Origin: a virus
Taxonomy: Duplodnaviria > Caudoviricetes
Virus record (IMG/VR): IMGVR_UViG_3300034349_000001
Location: 1-41,463 of that record
Direction: 5' to 3' (one strand)
Length of the DNA stretch: 41,463 bases
This document shows, piece after piece, positions 18,876 to 26,105 of this stretch (positions are counted from its first letter, which is position 1; every line of letters begins with the position of its first letter). Below the pieces are notes generated by a model. The model made no database searches. It saw only the letters and a list, made by a program, of their open reading frames with translations, and was not told the DNA's origin. The translations under genes and the position numbers were made by a program.

Positions 18876-19576
18876 TTCACTTCACTCCAATGAACAAGTA
18901 GGTGCCGCTCGCCAGAGGTGACGGGCAGGCCGTAATGCAGGGTTGTTTTACCTTTGAAGAACATCGCCCAGCCCGGTAGGTTCTGAGGGACCTTCACGTC
19001 AGGGAAGAACGGGCCTTGAGCGACCATCGTCCCACCACCTTCGTGGTCATCGTTAAGCGCCACCACCAGAGTGACATCCGAGTCCCTATCAGTGTGCCAA
19101 TGGCCCCTGTCAGTCTCTGAGGGCTCGTATACGGCGCTTTGCACGCTGGTCAGTACGTCAGGCTCAAGATTGAACAGAACCTTTGCCAGCGGCACACCAG
19201 CGTCTGCCCAGAAGCTATGGAAGACCTCATAGAACACTGGGTGGTCGGACTGTAGGGTCACCTCAGGTATCTGCGCCTCAAGGGGCTCCTCAAGGTTGGG
19301 CTCATGCACGAACTTGGAGACCTCGTGAATGATGTCCTTGCAGTACTCAGGGTGCAGATAGGCCACCGAGTAGACACCGGGCGCATGGCAGACCACGCAG
19401 TCATCCAAGAAGGCTTGCCACGAGGAGTCCTCAGCGAAGTCCTCAGGGTTGATCCCGCCGTTGTCCTCAGCGTACTTGGCCATCTCTTTGAGGGTCTCAA
19501 GGTGCGCCTTTAGGGCAGGGTGGTACTTGTCCCACGAGGCAATGCCCGTTGTTGCCTTGGTGAAGACCCGGCTCAT
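18872..19576 (-). CDS. 2OG-Fe(II) dioxygenase (PLOD/OGFOD-like)
   Basis: HTD..VTLVVALN..EGGGT...GWAMFF.G...HYGLPVTSGER: HxD...H triad plus the 2OG-binding Arg. Confidence 0.9.
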   Translation of the reverse strand: MSRVFTKATTGIASWDKYHPALKAHLETLKEMAKYAEDNGGINPEDFAEDSSWQAFLDDCVVCHAPGVYSVAYLHPEYCKDIIHEVSKFVHEPNLEEPLEAQIPEVTLQSDHPVFYEVFHSFWADAGVPLAKVLFNLEPDVLTSVQSAVYEPSETDRGHWHTDRDSDVTLVVALNDDHEGGGTMVAQGPFFPDVKVPQNLPGWAMFFKGKTTLHYGLPVTSGERHLLVHWSEVK

Positions 19577-20040
19577 AGACTCATCACCATCACATAGCCA
19601 TGCCCAACCGATGCACCTACAGCGAGGGCCGTCAAGTATCCGAGGCCATCTTTAATTGCTGATTTCCAACGATTTTTAGGCTTCTGGGTATTGTGTTCCG
19701 AATCCACTTGTGCCAGCTCACGACGAGCGGTCAACAAAGGATGCTCCAAACGTGTGTATAATTCGTTCACAAGCCCAGTAAACAGGCGTTCTGCCTCGTT
19801 ACTCCAAACGAACAGGGCTTGCAGGATCAGGTGTCCGACCTCTTGCCCGTTGTTGGCGAGAAACTGGAAGGAGTAGCCGTTATTTCCTTCGAGGGATACC
19901 ACGTTCACACGGAGCCAGCGCTGTCCATGCCTGTTTTCGACATAGTGAGCGTAACCATCACTCATCGCCCCCTGCATTGCAGCGATGAGACGGAAGGCAA
20001 AGGCCCCAGACGTGAAGTTTGTGCGGTTGTAGCGTTGCAT
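19573..20040 (-). CDS. Hypothetical early protein with a hydrophobic C-terminus
   Basis: 155 aa, ATGA-coupled to the oxygenase. Confidence 0.78.
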   Translation of the reverse strand: MQRYNRTNFTSGAFAFRLIAAMQGAMSDGYAHYVENRHGQRWLRVNVVSLEGNNGYSFQFLANNGQEVGHLILQALFVWSNEAERLFTGLVNELYTRLEHPLLTARRELAQVDSEHNTQKPKNRWKSAIKDGLGYLTALAVGASVGHGYVMVMSL

Positions 20041-20168
20041 AATTCAAAACCTTAGCTATACAGAGGTACGTTGTATGGAAAGACCCGGAAGCTATTGCCC
20101 GGTAATCGGTTGATAGAGCGGAGAGTGCGCCCAGCGGAGAGCCTGATACAGGCCCTCGACTTGTAGCA

Positions 20169-20255
20169 CTATGGAACGAAGAACAGAGCGATCATTGTCA
20201 CGAAGCAGCCGATCAGGAGCCCGCCCAGCATCCCTGTGATGATTGCGTCTTTCAT
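20169..20255 (-). CDS. 28-aa hydrophobic peptide (not in ORF track)
   Basis: MKDAIITGMLGGLLIGCFVTMIALFFVP; ATG overlaps the upstream TGA. Confidence 0.62.
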   Translation of the reverse strand: MKDAIITGMLGGLLIGCFVTMIALFFVP

Positions 20256-20575
20256 TGGTCGTCGTCCTCATCCTCGTCCAGCTCCTCCTCAAACTCGATG
20301 TCTGAGTCGTCTTCGTTCTCAAGCTGGTCCTCAAGCTCGCTTGTCAGCTCGGACTCATGGTCACCTTGAGCGCACCGGAAGGCCACCGGATCGACGCCTG
20401 AGAGGATCGCACCGACGTTGTAGGTCATCCCGCAGATAACGACTGGCTCGTAGATCTCGTCGAGGATGTCCTCATACTCGGACTCGGAGAGGTCAACCTC
20501 GCCGTTGGTGACATCGTAGCCTTTGAACTTGGTCACGTTGTCGGTGTGCCAGAACTTGTCGTGTTTGAGTGCCAT
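20252..20575 (-). CDS. Highly acidic early protein, candidate Ocr-like DNA mimic
   Basis: 107 aa with about 35 D/E versus 5 K/R (hand count). Confidence 0.7.
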   Translation of the reverse strand: MALKHDKFWHTDNVTKFKGYDVTNGEVDLSESEYEDILDEIYEPVVICGMTYNVGAILSGVDPVAFRCAQGDHESELTSELEDQLENEDDSDIEFEEELDEDEDDDQ

Positions 20576-20576
20576 G

Positions 20577-20870
20577 TCAGTTAGTCCCATGTGGGTTGTA
20601 GTGAGCTTCAGAGCAAAGCTTAATCATGTCGCGGAGTTCACGCACCGAGGAGAACCGGAAGATCATCCCAGTGCGATCCTCAACGAGCCAGTAGGAGCCC
20701 TGCCAGTCACCCCAGTGACCAACGGTGTAGACCAGCTCGCGGTGGTAAACCTTGAGGAACTCAGCGGGAACCTTGAGGGTCAGAGTGTACTTGGAGAGCC
20801 TCACAGCCTCCTCAGCGTCACTTATCACAGGCATGGCCAGGATTGCAGCAGTTAGATCATGGATACGCAT
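20577..20870 (-). CDS. Hypothetical early protein (97 aa)
   Basis: Tiles the early operon; GAGGG RBS. Confidence 0.75.
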   Translation of the reverse strand: MRIHDLTAAILAMPVISDAEEAVRLSKYTLTLKVPAEFLKVYHRELVYTVGHWGDWQGSYWLVEDRTGMIFRFSSVRELRDMIKLCSEAHYNPHGTN

Positions 20871-20880
20871 GGTGCAGCCC

Positions 20881-21195
20881 TCAGATCAGGTTGATGGTGG
20901 TCCACGAGCCGTTCCAAGCCTCGCCATTGAGGAACCACTCATAGTTCTTCTGGTTCACTCGGACACTTGGCAGGCCGTTGAGGCGGTCCTTGGTGGTGTT
21001 GCTGGTCCAGCCTCCATCGCAGATCTCAAAGGACTTCATGGGGCCAACATCACGCCGTGCTATTGCGTTACCGTGCAGCTTGAGTACCAGAACGTCGCCG
21101 AGTGGGCTAAGCTCTACCTTAGTGTTACCACCGAAGGTCCCAGTGCGACCCAGTGTGAATGCGTTGACAGCTTGTTGCGTGACTTGACGTGCCAT
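20881..21195 (-). CDS. Hypothetical early protein (104 aa)
   Basis: TAAGGAG RBS; LHGNAIA...GGW.SNTTKDRLN motif, which I recall from uncharacterised phage proteins. Confidence 0.8.
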   Translation of the reverse strand: MARQVTQQAVNAFTLGRTGTFGGNTKVELSPLGDVLVLKLHGNAIARRDVGPMKSFEICDGGWTSNTTKDRLNGLPSVRVNQKNYEWFLNGEAWNGSWTTINLI

Positions 21196-21206
21196 GGTGA
21201 TGCTCC

Positions 21207-21458
21207 TTAGGAAGACTTTTCGATGTTGAGGCGTTCGAGGAGGTCCGCTTTAGTGCGGTGCCAGTGGGCCTGTAAGACCCGTGAGTGTGTCAGTGTGTCA
21301 TCCACTTCCTGCCGTAGCTTTTCCCACATTGGAGAGCTTGCAGAGCCCTCGTAGCGGCTGAAGGTGGACTTAGCGGCTTGATGGGCGTTCTCAGCCAACT
21401 TGATGCGATGGTCGAGGTCATCCAATGCCGCCTTGAGGTCGTCTAAACGCTTGCTCAT
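21207..21458 (-). CDS. First early protein, coiled-coil (83 aa)
   Basis: AAGGAG RBS; heptad Leu pattern. Confidence 0.8.
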   Translation of the reverse strand: MSKRLDDLKAALDDLDHRIKLAENAHQAAKSTFSRYEGSASSPMWEKLRQEVDDTLTHSRVLQAHWHRTKADLLERLNIEKSS

Positions 21459-21491
21459 GGTGTGTTGCTCCTTGTGCTAAGAACCAAAGTC

Positions 21492-21612
21492 GTAAGCTCT
21501 CACTTCCTCGTGCTAATGCTTGAATACACGAGAGCCTACTGCTTTATTTCCTTTCACTGCTACGCACCGGCCTTCAAGACTCTTCCCAGAGGAAGGCTGT
21601 TTCAGTGCGTAG
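21492..21612 (-). promoter_or_regulatory. Two leader stem-loops, probable RNase III sites (R0.3-like)
   Basis: Arms 21492-21501/21530-21539 and 21560-21567/21605-21612 are complementary. Confidence 0.55.
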
Positions 21613-21625
21613 TGTTTCAACCTGA

Positions 21626-21638
21626 TTTTTAAAGAGCG
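21626..21638 (-). promoter_or_regulatory. boxA-like antitermination element
   Basis: CGCTCTTTAAAAA downstream of the host promoters (boxA consensus GCTCTTTAACA). Confidence 0.72.
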
Positions 21639-21713
21639 AGTGGGTGCCCGGTAGGCCGTGTCTATCAGCCAATTCGTTGCCCTTGTTACCGTGTTACCTT
21701 GTTGATGTGGCTC

Positions 21714-21741
21714 ATTCTACAGCGTTTCGTGTGTCTGTCAA
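21714..21741 (-). promoter_or_regulatory. Host sigma70 early promoter
   Basis: TTGACA-16 nt-TAGAAT. Confidence 0.85.
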
Positions 21742-21884
21742 GCTCTTGTTGCTGCCCTTGTTGCATCTCCTTGGTGTTCATCACCTTAGGACCTTTGGCA
21801 CCCTTGGGATCGCCGGTCAGTGACTACTAAGCCTCAGAGCAACTCAGCGACTACCCTAAGGCCATTGCGTTGTTGATGTTGTCC

Positions 21885-21912
21885 ATTCTATAGATATTCA
21901 ATGATGAGTCAA
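21885..21912 (-). promoter_or_regulatory. Host sigma70 early promoter
   Basis: TTGACT-16 nt-TAGAAT. Confidence 0.8.
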
Positions 21913-22154
21913 CCTGTTTATTCATCCAGTGTTATAGACCCTCTGACCATTCCCTTCTATATAGGCAATAATGCCCATCACCTTAGACATGGGCTATAGG
22001 ACAGCCTGTAACAGCGCATAGGCATCATTAGGGTCTACAGAGGGTCATCATTAAGGGCTTCATTAGGTAGGCGTCACACGATCACCCTGGGATCACCTCA
22101 TGGGCCACCTCAGAGAGCCCCTTATAGAGCAACTACTCTAATGATGAAACAGAT

Positions 22155-22380
22155 AGGGACAGGTACAGGACTGTATGAATCCACAGGTTGACACTGCCAA
22201 TCATTAAGCCCATCATTAGGTCACCTCAACGGGATCTCAAAGGAGCCCACCATGTGACAGCCTAACGATGTACCTAACGTATCCCTCAGACGATCATTGA
22301 GATGCCCATGGGGAGTAGAGGCCCTTTGGATGCCCTGAGAGAGGGGCCACGGGGGGTAACAGCGGTCGTCTGTACTGAGA
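22155..22380 (-). repeat. Predicted collapsed direct terminal repeat (about 226 bp)
   Basis: The minus strand starts TCTCAGTACAGACGACC and ends CTGTCCCT followed by ATCTGTT, mirroring the T7 terminal-repeat boundaries and concatemer-junction pause site. Confidence 0.65.
22188..22216 (+). promoter_or_regulatory. Possible outward-facing sigma70 promoter (A0-like)
   Basis: TTGACA-17 nt-CATCAT; the -10 is weak. Confidence 0.4.
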
Positions 22381-22596
22381 GGTGCCCTAAGAGATTTTTC
22401 TATCAGATTCTCATTAAGGCCCTATGGGAATCAGTATCAGCCATCATTAGGATACCGTCCAGTACCACCTATCGGTTGCCTCAGAGAAGACCTAACGACA
22501 CCACAGAGGGGACCATTAGGAGCTTCATTGAGTCTTGCTTGTACTGCTCAACGAGGTAGAGTGAAACGATACCGAAGTTGAGCCTGCATGACTGGG

Positions 22597-22767
22597 CTAC
22601 TCGCCACAGCCTCCTACAGCTACGCACAGCAAGGTCGAGACCCAGCCCATGGCGTCAGTACCTGAGGTGAACCCTAAGGCCACCAGCAGGATGCCAACGA
22701 GCTTGTAGGTGGAACGTGAGAGAGCCAGTCGCTTCAGTACCAGCAAGACGGTTGCCTTGGTAGTCAT
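22597..22767 (-). CDS. gp19.5: gp19.5-like protein
   Basis: MTTKATVLLVLKRLALSRSTYKLVGILLVALG..C...GC after AAGGAGA; last gene before the right end. Confidence 0.82.
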   Translation of the reverse strand: MTTKATVLLVLKRLALSRSTYKLVGILLVALGFTSGTDAMGWVSTLLCVAVGGCGE

Positions 22768-22898
22768 AGCGTTGGTCTCCTTGAAGGATGATAGTTGAAG
22801 GTGATGGCTATTGCCATTAATCACCACCAGAGAGGAGGGTCCTTAGCAGGTCCTCATCCTGAGGAACCCTAAGGTTAGATCCTATAAGACCCCCCTAC

Positions 22899-22921
22899 GG
22901 TAGCCATAGTGAGGGTTTTTA
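22899..22921 (-). promoter_or_regulatory. Phage RNAP promoter (phiOR-like)
   Basis: TAAAAACCCTCACTATGGCTACC between gp19 and gp19.5. Confidence 0.9.
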
Positions 22922-22964
22922 AATTAGTGCTGATAATGACCAGACATCCCTGTCCAGTCACACT

Positions 22965-24707
22965 TTACCAGCCCATGTAGTTGCTCATCTGGCCATCATC
23001 CTCGTAGTAGATGTCAACCGAGTCACTGATCGAGACCCTACGGATGTCCTCGAAGCCCATCAGTTGGTTCTCCATTTGAGCCTCAAGGAACTCCTGCATC
23101 ATCTCCGACTCGCCCACCTTGCTGTCCTTCTCCATGGAGTCCACGAAGAATTGCACACCAATGGCCAGGGCATCCAAGCGGTCATCATGCGCCAGTGAGC
23201 CACGTTCACGAGTGATCCGGGTCAGTTGGTACAGGCATGAGTACTTGGTGTCAGTGGTCCCATCAGCGTTGAGGGCGGTGCGGTAGTCCTTGTCGATCAG
23301 AGACTCCTGAATGACCAGCTTGTGGCTGCCCAGTACAGGCTCCAGAACGTCACAGATACGCATCTCCTTCTGACCCTTGGACTTAACCTCAGTGACAGCG
23401 CAGGGGAACGTAGCGGCGATCACAGGGGCGATCAGCTTCACATACATGCCGTCACCGAAGTTGCCCTCGATCACGACCTCATTGACCTTGTAGATCTTGG
23501 CGATGTTCGCAAGGGCCTGAAGGGTTGTGTCCTCATAGCCACCACGGAACCCACCGATGTCCATCACGAAGATGTAGCCGTTGAGTTGGTACAGCACTGC
23601 ATAGCCAGTCTCATCCTTGCCACGACCAGAGGGGTCGATCACGAGGATCTTTTGCTGGTACATAGCGGTGGACTGACCGACTGATTCGTAGCGGTGGAAG
23701 CGGTCACCTTTAAGGCCCACCAGAGGAACGCCCTTGACCTCGTTAGGGGTGTTTGGCATCCACGTCAAGGTAGTCGGACCCTTCATCAGGTCGAACGTCC
23801 CCACGATGAAGTCACGCAGTTTCAGAGGGTACTTCTCGGCGTCACTCAGGTTCGGGTTGAGCATGAACTGGAGAGCGAAGCCACCTTTGCCGTAGGACAA
23901 CTCACGTTCCCGAAGGTCAGCGTCATCAAATCGGATAGGGTCTGTAGGCGCCCAGAACAGCCTTGGGTCGGCCTCAAGTTCCTTCTGGAGCATAGGTGCC
24001 AGTCGAGGGCCATACGACTCCCAGTCCTTCGTATCGACAGGGTAGCGAGCAGGCCAGATTGTGGTCACGTAGCCACGACCTTCAAGTTCCCTGTAGAGGG
24101 TCATCTCGGTCTGAGGGGTGCCCAGATAGATGATCGTTCCACCGGGCTTCAGGATCGCGTCGAACTCCTTAACGAGTTCTCCGAGGTGATCGCGAGCGGC
24201 CTGAGTACCAGAGTTGTTTGGAACCTCCACGTCATCCGCAATGAGGATGTCAGCACGGGAACCCGTCAACTGACCAGTGATACCCACCGACTTAACGGAG
24301 GGCGAGTGGTCGGGCTTAGCGGGTCCCACGTCGAACGCCAATGCGGAGTCCCGTTGCCCAGCCCGAGGTTTCAATTCGTGAAGGAAAGGGAGCAGCTCAA
24401 TGATGCGCTTGATGAAGATGGAGTTGGCATCTGCCCGTTCCTTGGAAGCGGACACAATGAGGAACTTGAGGTCCGGGTTGCCCCACAGCTTCCACACCAC
24501 GAAGGCGCAGGTGATGAAGGACTTGCCGATACCTCGGAATGCTTGAAGGATGAAGCGACGATCAGTGCCGTTGGCAATAGCCATCGACATATCAATCTGG
24601 CACTTGGTCGGTTTGGGAAGGTTAAGCGCACGCCATAAAACGAAGAGGAACATGATGAAGCTTTTCTTCATCTTTGCGAGGTCATCGTCCTTGTGTTGTT
24701 GGGTCAT
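22965..24707 (-). CDS. gp19: Terminase large subunit
   Basis: [15 protein letters not shown]-like Walker [11 protein letters not shown] and HDDRLDA. Confidence 0.98.
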   Translation of the reverse strand: MTQQHKDDDLAKMKKSFIMFLFVLWRALNLPKPTKCQIDMSMAIANGTDRRFILQAFRGIGKSFITCAFVVWKLWGNPDLKFLIVSASKERADANSIFIKRIIELLPFLHELKPRAGQRDSALAFDVGPAKPDHSPSVKSVGITGQLTGSRADILIADDVEVPNNSGTQAARDHLGELVKEFDAILKPGGTIIYLGTPQTEMTLYRELEGRGYVTTIWPARYPVDTKDWESYGPRLAPMLQKELEADPRLFWAPTDPIRFDDADLRERELSYGKGGFALQFMLNPNLSDAEKYPLKLRDFIVGTFDLMKGPTTLTWMPNTPNEVKGVPLVGLKGDRFHRYESVGQSTAMYQQKILVIDPSGRGKDETGYAVLYQLNGYIFVMDIGGFRGGYEDTTLQALANIAKIYKVNEVVIEGNFGDGMYVKLIAPVIAATFPCAVTEVKSKGQKEMRICDVLEPVLGSHKLVIQESLIDKDYRTALNADGTTDTKYSCLYQLTRITRERGSLAHDDRLDALAIGVQFFVDSMEKDSKVGESEMMQEFLEAQMENQLMGFEDIRRVSISDSVDIYYEDDGQMSNYMGW

Positions 24708-25158
24708 TAGGTCCTCCTTGTAGAGTCTGTACTACTCCTTGCAGGTATCGCACTTGGGCGTCTGCTCGTTGGGCTTCTCCGATAAGAAATTGACTAACGT
24801 CTTCTCGTAGTTCGGCTCGACCATTGCCGAGGGGTCTACCGTCACTCGTGACGCAACGGACGGTTGCATCAGAGAGGGCGACTGACAGCCGGATACCATT
24901 GCCACGAAGGTCATTAATAGTCCGATCAGCAGATGCCTTGCTCGTTGCGATATAGGCTTGCCAGTTCTTTGAGAGGTCAGCGAGGGCTCTTTGGGTTGTT
25001 TCACGTTCTACCTCCAGTTGTCTTGCAGCGGCGAGTTGTTCGGTTTGGTACTTCAATGTGAGGCTGTCCGTCGCGTCCGAGTGGCCCTTGGTGTAAACCA
25101 AGCCCAGCCCGATACAAACGAAAAGACCCCACATGAAGAACTCTTTAAGGTTCAACAT
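24682..25158 (-). CDS. gp18.5: Rz-like inner-membrane spanin
   Basis: N-terminal TM segment, coiled coil, [14 protein letters not shown]. Confidence 0.9.
   Translation of the reverse strand: MLNLKEFFMWGLFVCIGLGLVYTKGHSDATDSLTLKYQTEQLAAARQLEVERETTQRALADLSKNWQAYIATSKASADRTINDLRGNGIRLSVALSDATVRCVTSDGRPLGNGRAELREDVSQFLIGEAQRADAQVRYLQGVVQTLQGGPNDPTTQGR
24732..25004 (-). CDS. gp18.7: Rz1-like outer-membrane spanin lipoprotein nested in gp18.5
   Basis: Hydrophobic stretch plus VSGC lipobox in an alternate frame; exact start uncertain. Confidence 0.8.
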   Translation of the reverse strand: MKQPKEPSLTSQRTGKPISQRARHLLIGLLMTFVAMVSGCQSPSLMQPSVASRVTVDPSAMVEPNYEKTLVNFLSEKPNEQTPKCDTCKE

Positions 25159-25170
25159 ATGGGGCCTCCT

Positions 25171-25425
25171 TTAGTGGGTAGCGTTGGAGCCGTACAGCTC
25201 AGCATCGGTCATCGTTGGGACCTCATCGAGAGCAGAAGCCAGGTCACCGAGAAGCGAAGCGTTAGGCTTCAACTTGGCGATGGTGAACTTGTGTCTCTCA
25301 AGGAGCTTCTCGATGGCGTTGTACAGTTGCGGTGTGCGCTTCTCAGCATCACGGAGGTCGGCCAGCATGTACTGAGCCTTCTCGGTGTCGATAGCCTCCA
25401 GCAGTTGTTCCAGCAGGTTATCCAT
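25171..25425 (-). CDS. gp18: Terminase small subunit
   Basis: MDNLLEQLLE..DT....L.DL..EKRTPQLYNAIEKLLERHKF. Confidence 0.94.
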   Translation of the reverse strand: MDNLLEQLLEAIDTEKAQYMLADLRDAEKRTPQLYNAIEKLLERHKFTIAKLKPNASLLGDLASALDEVPTMTDAELYGSNATH

Positions 25426-25636
25426 TGGGTTTGTCCTCCCTTGATTTGCGCTTCTCATCCATGACGGTCTTGAAGACCAGCAGGACGGTTTGCACGATGG
25501 TGTAGACAATGACGGTGGCGTAGAACCACTCGCTCAGCGTCAGGCCAGCGAAGTGGCTTGCGACATCCGCACCAGCCCCTACAGCGATAGGAGCGGCGCG
25601 AACCACTCCGTTGGTGAAGTCGATCTCAAGACTCAT
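25418..25636 (-). CDS. gp17.5: Class II holin
   Basis: IDFTNGVVRAAPI..GLTLSEWFY, T7 holin pattern. Confidence 0.93.
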   Translation of the reverse strand: MSLEIDFTNGVVRAAPIAVGAGADVASHFAGLTLSEWFYATVIVYTIVQTVLLVFKTVMDEKRKSREDKPNG

Positions 25637-26096
25637 GGTCGTGACCCTCGCAATTGACGTAGCAGAAGGTCAGGTCATAGGTGTTGGAGTGGAAGGACTC
25701 GATGTCGCGGATGCGGCCTAAGAGCCACTTGGCGCGATCAATCTGGGTCGGTGAAGCCATGCCCAGTTGGACCTCGGGCAGGACTTTTTCAAGCTCGGCC
25801 TTGTAGGCAGCCTTGTCGGCCATGCAGAGGTTCCACGCTTCGATCATCGAGTGGTCGGGGCCAGCATAAGGAGGGATCTCCCCAGCCAGCCCACGGTCGA
25901 TAATCTGGAACAGCTCGTTGCCATGAGAGACCTCATCACCTCTCACAGCGGTGTACTGGATGTACTCAGGGATGTCGCTAAACTTCACTTGGCAGTAGGC
26001 CGCGTTCATGTCAGGGCAGCACCATTGAACTTTCTTTACATCCACGATGGCCCGGTTAGGGGCCTTCTCGGTTTCAGGCAGTTTTTCAGGTTCCAT
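25626..26096 (-). CDS. Probable tail fibre assembly chaperone (Tfa-like)
   Basis: Directly follows the fibre; C.VKF...YTA..D...G.ELF....G.AGEIPPY pattern. Confidence 0.68.
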   Translation of the reverse strand: MEPEKLPETEKAPNRAIVDVKKVQWCCPDMNAAYCQVKFSDIPEYIQYTAVRGDEVSHGNELFQIIDRGLAGEIPPYAGPDHSMIEAWNLCMADKAAYKAELEKVLPEVQLGMASPTQIDRAKWLLGRIRDIESFHSNTYDLTFCYVNCEGHDHES

Positions 26097-26105
26097 TGGA
26101 CCTCC

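Larger units (their letters stand above)
22023..22531. repeat. Dispersed short repeats (CA)TCATTA(G/A)G around the predicted genome ends
   Basis: Copies near 22023, 22046, 22059, 22138 (inverted), 22201, 22211, 22411, 22442 and 22514; analogous to T7 SRL/SRR. Confidence 0.7.

Noticed and set aside
22023-22531. Short repeats as a CRISPR-like array
   Set aside because: Units are 8-10 nt, irregularly spaced and in mixed orientation, typical of T7-like end regions.
22302-22559. 85-aa plus-strand ORF downstream of the A0-like promoter
   Set aside because: It crosses the predicted genome end and repeat region, with no convincing RBS or protein features.
21460-22600. tRNA or other RNA genes in the non-coding region
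   Set aside because: No cloverleaf or T-loop consensus seen by eye; tRNAscan-SE and Infernal were not run.
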